A stretch of DNA of 36,680 nucleotides, from assembly GCA_046757445.1 (NCBI GenBank), contig JBHHYG010000003.1:1-36680 (forward strand). The letters are read 5' to 3'. This stretch comes from Acidobacteriota bacterium (GTDB lineage: Bacteria; Acidobacteriota; UBA890). A program made the position numbers and the translations under genes. Below are positions 27,314 to 36,680 of this stretch, one piece after another. Below the pieces are notes generated by a model. That model ran no database searches. It was not told the origin of the DNA and was given only the letters and a program-made list of their open reading frames with translations. Numbering within the stretch: position 1 is the first letter of the stretch; the number at the start of each line of letters is the position of its first letter.

Positions 27314-28471
27314 CTACAGCCGCGACAGGACAATCAGCAAGGCCGGAAGTCCATAAAACAGTCCAAAGACATAAAAAAGCGCGTAGCGCCGAGAGCCAAC
27401 GGCGATTCTCGCCAGCCACTCGGCCAGTCGAATGGGCACCGCCCGAGCGGCAGGAAGCGGGTACATCAACAAGATACCGCTGATATTGAACAATAGATGG
27501 GCCAGTGCCACTTGAATGGCCACCGCGGCCGTCTCGGGAGGCGCGGCGAGCGAGGCCAGCAGGGCGGTAATGGTGGTGCCGATATTAGCACCCAGGGTAA
27601 TCGGGAAAACCTGATACAGCGACACCAACCCCGCCCCCGCCAGCGGCACCAGCACCGAGGTGGTGATCGAGCTCGATTGCACCATCACCGTCACCACGAC
27701 GCCGACGATGATTCCGAGGTGCGGGCTGAAGCCCAGTGAGCGGGTGAGGTAGGACTCCATGCGCGTCGCCATCAGCGTCCGCAGCGTTCGCACCAGCAGG
27801 TAGAGCATGCCGAAGATGGCGGCGACGGAAAGCATGATGAGCAGGATCGCTGCCACGCGCTGGCTGCCCACCAACCATTGAAGCAACTGGTGCAGGGGCT
27901 GCAGCACCAGGTTGGTGGTGTCCTTCAGGGGATTGGGGAACTTGGTGCCCGCCTGGCCCGCCAGCAGCGAGCTGAGCTCTCCTGACAGATGGCGCAGATA
28001 GCCGGTGGTCAGCTCCAGGGGGAGAAGGACGGCAACGGCGATGAAGTTGAAGAAATCGTGGCAGGTTGCGGCGGCGAAGGCGCGGCGGAACTCCTCCGGC
28101 TGGCCGATATGCCCCAGGGAGACGATGGTGTTGGTGACCGTGGTACCGATGTTCGCCCCCATAATCATGGGGATCGCATCGGCCACCGGCAACGGGTTCT
28201 CGGGGGCGGCCACCAGCGCAACGATGAGCGAGGTGGACACCGAAGAGCTTTGCACCAGCGTCGTGCCGAGGATACCGATGATCAAGCCGATGAAAGGGTT
28301 CGAGGTGGCGGTGAAGAAGTGCTTGAGAAGGTCGCCGCCGAGTTCCTTGAAGCCCGTTCCCAGCCCCCGCACTCCGACGAGGAAGACAAAGAGCAGGAAC
28401 AACACCCGAAGGATGGTGCGCCAGGCAGGCTGGGAGCTCGAGGCGCTGTTGCGTTGCGCTGCCGGGACCAT
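27314..28471 (-). CDS. Na+/phosphate cotransporter (NptA/SLC34 family)
   Basis: Duplicated QSSS and GANIGTT motifs. Confidence 0.93.
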   Translation of the reverse strand: MVPAAQRNSASSSQPAWRTILRVLFLLFVFLVGVRGLGTGFKELGGDLLKHFFTATSNPFIGLIIGILGTTLVQSSSVSTSLIVALVAAPENPLPVADAIPMIMGANIGTTVTNTIVSLGHIGQPEEFRRAFAAATCHDFFNFIAVAVLLPLELTTGYLRHLSGELSSLLAGQAGTKFPNPLKDTTNLVLQPLHQLLQWLVGSQRVAAILLIMLSVAAIFGMLYLLVRTLRTLMATRMESYLTRSLGFSPHLGIIVGVVVTVMVQSSSITTSVLVPLAGAGLVSLYQVFPITLGANIGTTITALLASLAAPPETAAVAIQVALAHLLFNISGILLMYPLPAARAVPIRLAEWLARIAVGSRRYALFYVFGLFYGLPALLIVLSRL

Positions 28472-28574
28472 CGATGACCCCTGCCATGATAATGAAGGAG
28501 AGCTGCGGATTCCGGAAACCCGAGGGCCGGTTTCACGGAGCCACGACCCCACAACGATCGTCTATCATACCCAC

Positions 28575-31500
28575 ATGAGAATAGCGAGCCAGTCAGCGCC
28601 GCAGGCGCGACTCGAGAACTTGATCGAACAGCGAGTGCTGGTCTTCGATGGTGCCATGGGCACCTCCATCCAGGCTCGCAAGCTGGGCGAGGCCGACTTC
28701 CGCGGCGACCGCTTCGTCGACCATCCACGCGACCTGCTCGGCTGCAACGACCTGCTGTCGCTGACCCGCCCCGAGATCATCAGCGAGATCCACAGCGCCT
28801 ACCTGGCGGCGGGCGCCGATATCATCGAGACCAACACCTTCAACGCCACCTCGGTTTCTCTCGCCGACTACGGGCTGGAGTCCGCCGTCTACGAGATCAA
28901 CGTCGCTGCCGCCCGCCTCGCCAGCGCCGCCAGCGCCGCCTTCACCGCCAAGGACCCCGACCGGCCCCGTTTCGTCGCCGGCTCCATGGGCCCCACCAGC
29001 AAGACCACTTCGATCTCGCCAGCAGTGGACAACCCGGCCTTCCGTGCCGTCAGCTTCGACGACCTGCGGCACGCTTACCACGAGCAGGCTCTCGGCCTCA
29101 TCGATGGAGGCGCGGACATCCTGCTGCCGGAAACCGTCTTCGACACCTTGAACGCCAAGGCGGCACTGTTCGCCATCGAAGAGGCTTTCGAGGAGCGTGG
29201 CCGAAGGCTCCCGGTGATGGTTTCGGTGACCGTCGTCGACGCCAGCGGCCGGACGCTGTCGGGGCAGACGGTCGAGGCCTTCTGGAACTCCGTCGCCCAC
29301 GCCGGCCTGCTGGCCGTCGGCATCAACTGCTCGCTCGGGCCCGACCTGATGCGTCCCTACGTCGAAGAGCTGGCGACCGTCTCTGATGTCTATGTTTCCT
29401 GCGTGCCCAACGCCGGACTGCCCAACGAGTTCGGGGAATACGAGCAGACCCCATCGATGATGGCCGAGGTGCTGGGCGATTTCGCCGCCGCCGGCTGGCT
29501 CAACTTCGCCGGCGGTTGTTGTGGCACCACACCCGAACATATCGAAACCATCGGAGCGGCCGTGCGCGTCGCCCGACCGCACCAGCGCGCCAAGCCGGAA
29601 CCTCTGTCCCGCTTCAGCGGCCTCGAGCCGCTCACCGTGCGTCCAGACTCCAACCTGATCGTCATCGGCGAGCGCACCAACGTCGCCGGCTCGCGCCGGT
29701 TTGCCCAGCTGATCAGGGAGTCGAGCTACGAAGAGGCGCTCGAGGTCGCTCGTCATCAGGTGGAGGGCGGCGCCAACATTCTCGACGTCAACATGGACGA
29801 GGGGCTGCTCGACTCCGAGCGGGTCATGCAGACGTTTCTCAACCTCGTCGGCGCAGAGCCCGAGGTCGCCCGCCTGCCGATCATGGTCGACAGCTCCAAG
29901 TTCTCGGTCATCGAGGCGGGCCTCAAGTGCCTACAGGGCAAGTCGATCGTCAACTCCGTGAGCCTCAAGGAGGGCGAAGAGACCTTCAAGGAACAGGCGA
30001 CGCGGGTCAAACGTTATGGCGCAGCGGTGCTGGTCATGGCCTTCGACGAGCGGGGCCAGGCAACAGACCTCGAACGTAAGCTGGAGATCGCCAAGCGCGC
30101 CTACCGCATTCTCACCGAGGAGGTCGGCTTCGCCCCCCAGGAGATCATTTTCGACCCCAATGTGCTGACCATCGCCACCGGCATCGAAGAGCACAACGAC
30201 TACGGCGTCGCCTTTATCGAGGCCACCCGGCAGATCAAGCAGATGTTCCCCCAGGTGAAGGTCTCTGGAGGCATCAGCAACCTCTCCTTTGCTTTCCGCG
30301 GCAACGAGCGGCTGCGCAAGGCGATGAACTCGGTCTTCCTCTACCACGCCATCCGGGCCGGACTCGACATGGCCATCGTCAACGCTGGCCAATTAGAGGT
30401 CTACGAAGAGATCCCGGCACAGCTCCGGAGTCTGATCGAGGACGTGCTCTTCAATCGCCGCGTCGATGCTACCGAGCGGCTGATTGCAGCGGCCCAATCC
30501 CTGAGCCCGGAGGAGGAAGACCAGATAGAGGAGCAGGCATGGCGCCAGGCGCCGGTTGGTGAGCGCCTCAGCCATGCCCTGGTGAAGGGAATCGACGAGT
30601 TCGTCGAGCAGGACACCGAAGAAGCTCGGCAGCAGGCAGCTCGCCCGCTCGAGGTCATCGAGGGACCGTTGATGGACGGCATGAACGCCGTCGGCGATCT
30701 CTTCGGTGCCGGCAAGATGTTCCTACCGCAGGTGGTCAAGAGCGCACGGGTGATGAAAAAGGCCGTCGCCTACCTACTGCCCTATCTCGAGGCGGACAAG
30801 AAAGAGACCGGTGCCAACGATTCACAGCGAAAGATCCTGCTGGCCACCGTCAAGGGTGACGTGCACGACATCGGCAAGAACATCGTCGGGGTGGTGCTCG
30901 GCTGCAACGGCTACCAGGTGATCGACCTCGGCGTCATGGTGCCGGCGGAAAAGATCCTCGAGGCCGCCCGCGCCGAGCAGGTGAACATGGTCGGCCTCAG
31001 CGGCCTGATCACTCCCTCACTCGACGAGATGACCCATACCGCCCGGGAGATGGAGCGCGTCGGACTCGAGGTGCCCCTGCTCATCGGCGGCGCCACCACC
31101 AGCAGCAAGCACACCGCCGTGAAGATCGCGCCCGCCTACAGCCAGGCCACCATTCACGTCAAGGATGCCTCCCGGGCCGTCGGCGTTGTGGGCGATCTGA
31201 TGAATCCGCAGCGCGCCGCTGCCCTGGTCGATAAGAATGAGGCTCGACAACAACGGCAACGGGCCGAATTCGCGGCTCGCGGGCAGCCCGACCTGCTACC
31301 ACTGGATGCGGCCAGGCGCCAGCGATTGAAGATCGCCTGGGCGAAATCCCAGATCGCGGTACCGTCTTTTCTGGGCGCCCGTACCGTCGACGACCTCGAC
31401 CTGGGAGAGATCGCTACCTATATCGACTGGACGCCTTTCTTTCACGTCTGGGAGTTGCGCGGCGCCTATCCGTCGATCCTCGACAGTCAGAAGTACGGCG

Positions 31501-32270
31501 CCGCCGCCCGCGAACTCTACGCCAACGGCCAGCAACTACTGGAGAGGATCATCTCCCAGGGTTTGCTGGGGGCCGAGGCCGCATACGGGTTCTTCGCCGC
31601 CCACAGCGAAGGCGACGACCTCGTGGTCTATACGGACACCTCAGGTAGTTGCGAATTGACCCGCCTGCACACATTGCGACAGCAGAAGCGACCATCCGAC
31701 GACCGTCCGTGTCTGGCTCTCGCCGACTTCGTCACTCCGGCGGAGTCGGGAATCGGCGACTACATCGGCGGCTTCGTGGTGAGCGCCGGCATCGGCGTCG
31801 ACCCCCTGGTGGCGCAGTTCGAGAAACAGCACGACGATTACAACGCCATCATGGTCAAGGCCCTCGCCGATCGCCTGGCCGAAGCGCTGGCGGAGATGCT
31901 GCACGAGCGGGCGCGACTGGATTGTGGCTTCGGCGAGAAGGAGAATCTGAGCAAGACAGACCTCATCAAGGAACGGTACCGGGGAATCCGCCCAGCACCG
32001 GGCTACCCGGCTAGCCCCGATCACACCGAGAAGCGGCTGCTGTTCGATCTGCTCGGGGCCGAAAGAAGAACCGGGGTGCGGCTGACGGAAACTTTTTCCA
32101 TGGCGCCGGCGGCCTCGGTCAGCGGCTTCTACTTCAACCACCCGCAGGCCCGCTATTTCAGCGTCGGCAAGATCGGTGAGGACCAGCTCATCGACTACGC
32201 CAAGAGAAAGGGGATGTCGAGGTCGGAGGCGGAGCGGTGGTTGGCCCCGAACCTGGCGTCTCGTAGGTAA
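28575..32270 (+). CDS. metH: Cobalamin-dependent methionine synthase
   Basis: DGAMGT, GGCCGT, IGERTNV, B12 motif GDVHDIGKN and RPAPGYP. Confidence 0.98.
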   Translation: MRIASQSAPQARLENLIEQRVLVFDGAMGTSIQARKLGEADFRGDRFVDHPRDLLGCNDLLSLTRPEIISEIHSAYLAAGADIIETNTFNATSVSLADYGLESAVYEINVAAARLASAASAAFTAKDPDRPRFVAGSMGPTSKTTSISPAVDNPAFRAVSFDDLRHAYHEQALGLIDGGADILLPETVFDTLNAKAALFAIEEAFEERGRRLPVMVSVTVVDASGRTLSGQTVEAFWNSVAHAGLLAVGINCSLGPDLMRPYVEELATVSDVYVSCVPNAGLPNEFGEYEQTPSMMAEVLGDFAAAGWLNFAGGCCGTTPEHIETIGAAVRVARPHQRAKPEPLSRFSGLEPLTVRPDSNLIVIGERTNVAGSRRFAQLIRESSYEEALEVARHQVEGGANILDVNMDEGLLDSERVMQTFLNLVGAEPEVARLPIMVDSSKFSVIEAGLKCLQGKSIVNSVSLKEGEETFKEQATRVKRYGAAVLVMAFDERGQATDLERKLEIAKRAYRILTEEVGFAPQEIIFDPNVLTIATGIEEHNDYGVAFIEATRQIKQMFPQVKVSGGISNLSFAFRGNERLRKAMNSVFLYHAIRAGLDMAIVNAGQLEVYEEIPAQLRSLIEDVLFNRRVDATERLIAAAQSLSPEEEDQIEEQAWRQAPVGERLSHALVKGIDEFVEQDTEEARQQAARPLEVIEGPLMDGMNAVGDLFGAGKMFLPQVVKSARVMKKAVAYLLPYLEADKKETGANDSQRKILLATVKGDVHDIGKNIVGVVLGCNGYQVIDLGVMVPAEKILEAARAEQVNMVGLSGLITPSLDEMTHTAREMERVGLEVPLLIGGATTSSKHTAVKIAPAYSQATIHVKDASRAVGVVGDLMNPQRAAALVDKNEARQQRQRAEFAARGQPDLLPLDAARRQRLKIAWAKSQIAVPSFLGARTVDDLDLGEIATYIDWTPFFHVWELRGAYPSILDSQKYGAAARELYANGQQLLERIISQGLLGAEAAYGFFAAHSEGDDLVVYTDTSGSCELTRLHTLRQQKRPSDDRPCLALADFVTPAESGIGDYIGGFVVSAGIGVDPLVAQFEKQHDDYNAIMVKALADRLAEALAEMLHERARLDCGFGEKENLSKTDLIKERYRGIRPAPGYPASPDHTEKRLLFDLLGAERRTGVRLTETFSMAPAASVSGFYFNHPQARYFSVGKIGEDQLIDYAKRKGMSRSEAERWLAPNLASRR

Positions 32271-32326
32271 CAACTCGCCCGCCGCACGGGCAGGAAGCTG
32301 GACAGCGGGGCGATGGGAAATGCCGC

Positions 32327-32785
32327 CTACAGGTGGTGCAGCAGCACGCCCAGGAACATCACCAGGATGGCCACCGCGATGGTCAGCCGGGGAGCGATGA
32401 TCGGTGGAGGCCCCACCTGCTCGTCGGCCGCCCAGCGGCTGACCCGTGCGTAGCTAGCATGAGCTAGCCCGATCAAGGTCATGGCCAGCAAGAATTTGAT
32501 GCCGAAAAGAAGGTGATAGCGGGGCCCCAGGCCGCCGAAGCCGACGTAGGAGATTCGCACCCCCAGCATCGCAAACCCCGATAGCAACACCAGCAAGGTG
32601 GCAGCCGAGACCAGATTTCGAAACCTGAGCAGGGCTGCTTCCACCACCGGCCGGGCGTTGGAGCCGACGGCCCGGGCCGCCGGCTTCAAGGCCACCAACA
32701 GGAACAAGCTGCCGCCGGCCCAAGCAACGATGCTGACGATGTGGAGCCATCGGGCGATGACATCCACCCAGCCCTGAGATCCCAC
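32327..32785 (-). CDS. Four-TM CopD/DUF4149-like membrane protein
   Basis: RWLHIVSIVAWAGG...SG...IKFLL pattern. GAGGAGG RBS before GTG. Confidence 0.75.
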   Translation of the reverse strand: MGSQGWVDVIARWLHIVSIVAWAGGSLFLLVALKPAARAVGSNARPVVEAALLRFRNLVSAATLLVLLSGFAMLGVRISYVGFGGLGPRYHLLFGIKFLLAMTLIGLAHASYARVSRWAADEQVGPPPIIAPRLTIAVAILVMFLGVLLHHL

Positions 32786-32982
32786 GGCTCCCTCCTCTTG
32801 AGCATGACCTGCTGACGGCCCGGTCATTGATCCCAACGATCGGTGCGCCGGCTGCACGAAGGCGAGCCTATCCGTCCCACGGCCTGCCGGCAAGGTCGCC
32901 CCCGGACACCCTGGGCTGCATGGCCATCTCATCCCGCACGAGGACGACGAACGTCCATCCCACAGGAAAGGAGGAAGGCGCC

Positions 32983-33261
32983 ATGAAAACCTCATGCAGG
33001 CTTTTGCGCAGGGTGTTCGCTTCGCTGATCGTACTGGTGGTGTGCACGACCCTCTCGGGTCTCACCCGGGACGCGCGGGCCGGATGTTTGAGGGAATGGA
33101 AGCAGTGCGGCGATTGCTTCAAGCAGAAATTCAACAAAGCAGCCCGTGGATTCGACCTCAGCGGTATAGCCGACGCCTATGTCGACGCCATCGATTGCGA
33201 TATCGACCTCTTCCATTGCCTCGTTCTGGGCTCACATCACACCAACCCGTGCGCCCTTTGA
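32983..33261 (+). CDS. Small secreted cysteine-rich protein
   Basis: AGGAGG RBS, signal peptide ending in ARA, and a 59-aa mature part with 6 Cys. Confidence 0.8.
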   Translation: MKTSCRLLRRVFASLIVLVVCTTLSGLTRDARAGCLREWKQCGDCFKQKFNKAARGFDLSGIADAYVDAIDCDIDLFHCLVLGSHHTNPCAL

Positions 33262-33264
33262 CCC

Positions 33265-34392
33265 ATGATGCGGCGGCCGCGTAGACCCGTTCAGTCCCCC
33301 GCTCGTCACGCGGTCGCTGGTCTCCGGCGCCCGGCAGCTCATTGGCTTCCGGGCGCCGGATGGTGTGCCCTGACGCTCACCATGATGGCCGCGTGCCACT
33401 CGAGCCCGGTGCCGGCCGAGTGGACGGTCGACCTGGTGCAAGAATTCGCCCTCGGCAGCGAGCCGGTCACCCTGGATACCGCATTCTTCCAGCCTTCGGC
33501 GCTGGGCTTCGACCACACCGGCAGGCTCTACGTTCTCGACCGCGGCAACCACAGAGTCCAAATCTTCGAGGCCGACGGGAGGTTTGTGCAGAGCTTGGGA
33601 GGACCAGGTGAAGGGCCAGGGCAATTGAGCTCACCCACCGGCATGTGGGTACACCCGGACGGCAGCGTCTTGGTGGCGGATACCCGTAATCGCAGGCTGC
33701 AGCCCTTTGGTGCCAGCGGTTCGATCCTCGACCCCATAGCGGTCGACTTCTTCCCAATTGACGTTGTTGCCACCCACAACCGCCTGTTCGTACTCCGGCT
33801 GCCACGGGCCAGCATGGTGCTGGGCCCGGACCCCAGGCCGCTGGTGCAAGTGCTGGACCGCTCGGGCAGGCCAATCGACGGTTTCGTCGAAGCCACCCCG
33901 ACCTCCGCCGGCGCCCTTTACCTGCTCGAAAACGCCCTCGCCCTGGCGCCCGCCCCGGACGGCGGCATCGCCGCCAGCAACCTTTACCTGGCCAGCCGCA
34001 TCCGCCTGTACAGACCCTCTGGCAAGCTGCGCCGGGAAATCCCCGTTCTCTACAAGGCTGGTCCCTGGGCACCCCTCGGCAGACGGCCGAGCATGCTGAA
34101 CGAGGCCAGCATTCAACGGGTGGCCCGCACCGCCAGCGACCTCGCCTGGGATCCTGTTCGTCGTCTCTACTGGGTTCTCGCCGGCTATGTCGATCAGACC
34201 CCGGAGGGGGAATGGGTGATCGGACAGGAGCTCTACCGCTACGACGTCGAAGGCCACTACCGAGGCAGTGCCATGCTTCCCTTCCGCGGCCTGGTGGTGG
34301 CTGGCGGTCCGGACAGCCGTGTCTGGGTCATCGATATCGACGGCGTCGTCCATGCCTTCAGGGTGCGCGACACCGATATGAAGCCCCGCTAA
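33265..34392 (+). CDS. NHL-repeat six-bladed beta-propeller lipoprotein
   Basis: Lipobox-like MAAC, LYVLDRGNHRVQIF, GEGPGQL and VADTRNRR. Confidence 0.85.
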   Translation: MMRRPRRPVQSPARHAVAGLRRPAAHWLPGAGWCALTLTMMAACHSSPVPAEWTVDLVQEFALGSEPVTLDTAFFQPSALGFDHTGRLYVLDRGNHRVQIFEADGRFVQSLGGPGEGPGQLSSPTGMWVHPDGSVLVADTRNRRLQPFGASGSILDPIAVDFFPIDVVATHNRLFVLRLPRASMVLGPDPRPLVQVLDRSGRPIDGFVEATPTSAGALYLLENALALAPAPDGGIAASNLYLASRIRLYRPSGKLRREIPVLYKAGPWAPLGRRPSMLNEASIQRVARTASDLAWDPVRRLYWVLAGYVDQTPEGEWVIGQELYRYDVEGHYRGSAMLPFRGLVVAGGPDSRVWVIDIDGVVHAFRVRDTDMKPR

Positions 34393-34429
34393 CCCATCAC
34401 AAAGCTTGCCTGCCCCTCGCGAGCATCTG

Positions 34430-34993
34430 CTACGACCGAGAGCGGACGAACTTCCAGACGGTCGTGCCGGTGTCGTTCACCTGGCTGAAGGACAGGACGT
34501 CCGCCGCGACCTGGTAACGGAAGGTGTAGGACTCGACCCGATCCGGAGTGTTCAGCGGCCACCGATGCCCGGCCACCTCGAGGATTCGGCCGGCCCCCGT
34601 CCACCGGGCGATCTCCTCCACCTGGGTCATGCCCTTCTCGTAGCGATGTACGGTGCCATCCCAGCGGTAGGTCTGGGTGCTCGTGTGCCCGCCCTCGACA
34701 ACGAACTCCAAGACGATATGACTGGGCTGCTGGTCGATCCGATAGCTGATCTGCCGGCCTCTCCATACCTCGAGCATCGGATCGCTATGGCCGGCATCGA
34801 AGCGCCAGCTTCCGGAAAAATCCACCGCCGGGAAATCGCTTACCCAGCCGGTCGGCCACTCCACTTTTTTCTTCCGAGCTTCCTGCTGGAGGAATAGACC
34901 GAGCGTGGAGTCGGCCGCGCCGCTGGTCGCCAACCCACCCCCGCTCATGACAAGCGAGACAAGGGCGACAGACAAGGTCGTCTTCAGCGCCAT
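34430..34993 (-). CDS. Secreted hypothetical protein, lipocalin-like beta barrel
   Basis: Signal peptide, DFSGSW (GxW) motif and beta-rich pattern. Confidence 0.65.
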   Translation of the reverse strand: MALKTTLSVALVSLVMSGGGLATSGAADSTLGLFLQQEARKKKVEWPTGWVSDFPAVDFSGSWRFDAGHSDPMLEVWRGRQISYRIDQQPSHIVLEFVVEGGHTSTQTYRWDGTVHRYEKGMTQVEEIARWTGAGRILEVAGHRWPLNTPDRVESYTFRYQVAADVLSFSQVNDTGTTVWKFVRSRS

Positions 34994-35068
34994 GAGCCCT
35001 TCGTGCTCCGTTCCATAGCTACGGTGAGGTTCGCGGGTGGCTCTTGCGGGCGAGGTCGAGGAACGAGG

Positions 35069-35140
35069 AGGCGGCGGGCGGACTCGAACCGCCGAATTAC
35101 GGTTTTGCAGACCGCTGCCTTACCACTTGGCTACGCCGCC
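35069..35140 (-). tRNA. tRNA-Cys(GCA)
   Basis: GGCGGCG acceptor, CTGCAAA loop, GGTTCGAGTCC and U73. Followed by CCT rather than CCA. Confidence 0.97.
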
Positions 35141-35175
35141 CCCGGAATGCACGCAAATAAAGACAGGGAATGAAT

Positions 35176-35251
35176 TGGAGCGGGAAACGGGATTTGAACC
35201 CGCGACCTCAACGTTGGCAACGTTGCGCTCTACCAGCTGAGCTATTCCCGC
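35176..35251 (-). tRNA. tRNA-Gly(GCC)
   Basis: GCGGGAATAGCTCAG...TTGCCAA...GGTTCAAATCC...TCCA, 76 nt. Confidence 0.98.
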
Positions 35252-35348
35252 TCCACCGCTACCCATGGTACCGACGCCGGCGCCGTTGAGGCAAGCACCG
35301 GTGCTGCATCGCTCTGCGATTCTTCGCCCTTTCGTATACCGTCAGCTC

Positions 35349-36257
35349 ATGCCCCGATACGTCTATTCGCCCCATTACCGAGTCGATATCGGCCCGCACG
35401 TTTTCCCTACGGCCAAGTACGGGATCATTCGCCAACGGCTGATCGACGAGGATGGCGCACGACCTAGCGATTTTCTCGAGCCCGAGCCCGCCGCCGAGGC
35501 AGACGTTCTATTGGTGCACACACCAGATTACTACCAGAAGTGCCGCGACGCGGCGCTCAGCGTCGAGGAGCTCTGGCGCCTGGAGTTGCCATGGTCCGAG
35601 GAGCTATTCGACGCCTCGCTCCGCTGTGTGCAGGGCTCGATACTGGCCGCCCGGCTGGCCATCGAGCACGGCGTCGGCCTACATATCGGCGGTGGCTTCC
35701 ATCACGCTTTCCCCGACCATGGTGAGGGTTTCTGCGTCTTCAATGATCATGCCTGTGCCATCCGCCGCCTACAGGCTGACGGCGTCATTGACCGCGCCCT
35801 GGTGGTGGATTGTGACCTGCACCAGGGCAACGGTACCGCCGCTATCTTCGCCGACGACAACTCGGTGCCCACCTTTTCCATCCACCAGCAGCACCTCTAT
35901 CCGGTGCACAAGCCCCCTGGCACCGTGGATGTGGGGCTGCCCTCCGGGGCCGATGACAAGTGCTATCTGCGGGCGCTCGAAAAGCAACTGCTGCCGCTAA
36001 TCCGGTCGCACCAGCCTCAGCTGCTGGCATATGTCGGCGGTGCCGATCCCTACGTTCACGACCAGCTCGGCTCGTTAGGCCTTTCCCTGGAGGGCCTCAG
36101 ACAACGGGATGCTCTTGTCGTCGAGGCCTGCAACCAAGCGAGGATTCCGCTGCTCGTGTTGCTGGCCGGAGGCTACGCCACACAGGTGGAAGAGACCGTG
36201 ACCATCCACCTCGGTACTCTACGCGAAGCGGCGAGGCTCTGGCGCCCCAGCCCGTAG
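35349..36257 (+). CDS. Histone deacetylase-family amidohydrolase
   Basis: HVFP, GGFHHA, GFCVFND, DCDLHQGNGT and GGY motifs. Confidence 0.94.
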   Translation: MPRYVYSPHYRVDIGPHVFPTAKYGIIRQRLIDEDGARPSDFLEPEPAAEADVLLVHTPDYYQKCRDAALSVEELWRLELPWSEELFDASLRCVQGSILAARLAIEHGVGLHIGGGFHHAFPDHGEGFCVFNDHACAIRRLQADGVIDRALVVDCDLHQGNGTAAIFADDNSVPTFSIHQQHLYPVHKPPGTVDVGLPSGADDKCYLRALEKQLLPLIRSHQPQLLAYVGGADPYVHDQLGSLGLSLEGLRQRDALVVEACNQARIPLLVLLAGGYATQVEETVTIHLGTLREAARLWRPSP

Positions 36258-36271
36258 TGAGAGATCCGGGC

Positions 36272-36637
36272 TCAGGGACGAAAGGCGTCTCGGAGCCAAC
36301 GGATGCGGGCGCGACCTTCCTGCAGCTCCACACAGACGACGTCGAAACGGCATCGACAAGAGCCCCACCCGGCCTTTCGCAGGTAGTGGCGAGCGGTGCA
36401 CACCAGATGGCGCCTCTTGCGTCTGGTTACAGCTTGCGCCGGCGTCCCGAACCTCTGGCCGCGGCGGGCCTTGACCTCGACAAAGGCGAGCACCGGCCCG
36501 TCCTGAACGATCAGATCGATCTCGCCCCGGCGCCACCGATAGCGGCGCGCCAGGATATCGCAACCCATTCCCACCAAGTGCCGGGCCGCAAGATCCTCCG
36601 CAGCGCCTCCCAACAACTGCCTCCACCTAGCCCGCAT
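36272..36637 (-). CDS. yraN: YraN-family (UPF0102) putative endonuclease
   Basis: G..AE..A, GEIDLI, FVEVKAR and RFDVV motifs. Confidence 0.92.
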   Translation of the reverse strand: MRARWRQLLGGAAEDLAARHLVGMGCDILARRYRWRRGEIDLIVQDGPVLAFVEVKARRGQRFGTPAQAVTRRKRRHLVCTARHYLRKAGWGSCRCRFDVVCVELQEGRARIRWLRDAFRP

Positions 36638-36680
36638 ATCTCAACGGCTCGCGGCTGCGCGAGCGCAATGGCAGGCGATG
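36627..36680 (+). repeat. MITE-like repeat copy 4 (truncated by window end)
   Basis: CTAGCCCGCATATCTCAACGGCTCGCGGCTGCGCGAGCGCAATGGCAGGCGATG matches 16743-16795. Confidence 0.88.

Noticed and set aside
28005-28574. Apparent 190-aa N-terminal extension of MetH
   Set aside because: Overlaps the Na/Pi cotransporter on the opposite strand. MetH similarity begins after ATG 28575.
26515-35068. Active integrative element between the tRNAs
   Set aside because: No integrase, no duplicated tRNA 3' end seen, and housekeeping-like cargo.
35037-35240. Short ORFs over the tRNA genes (also 26017-26508)
   Set aside because: Spurious translations of tRNA sequence or of the TlpA antisense strand.

Overview
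High-GC bacterial chromosomal window (gene content suggests an Acidobacteriota-like lineage; inference only). Left third (minus strand): an aromatic-CoA catabolic cluster with a single-domain BoxC-like crotonase, aldehyde dehydrogenase, thiolase, PaaG-like isomerase, Dch-like hydratase and a 4-hydroxybenzoyl-CoA-reductase-like molybdo-flavoenzyme (hcrCAB). After two opposite-strand membrane genes come a cupin and an SDR. The Mo subunit has Gln where the xanthine-oxidase family has its catalytic Glu. The rest is mostly housekeeping and accessory genes: dgt, Ala/Gly symporter, FecR/DUF6600 protein, yjbQ, DUF2203, PLP aminotransferase, trpS, an A-ACP-PlsC fusion, GST, methyltransferase, TlpA, phoU/Na-Pi cotransporter, metH, HDAC, yraN, and tRNA-Leu(TAA), -Cys(GCA) and -Gly(GCC). 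Four copies of a CTAG-ended palindromic MITE-like repeat supply stop or start codons to neighbouring genes. Also present are a secreted six-Cys peptide paired with an NHL-propeller lipoprotein and a hairpin-rich intergenic region near 18.1-18.3 kb. Family calls rest on motifs recalled from memory; no searches were run.
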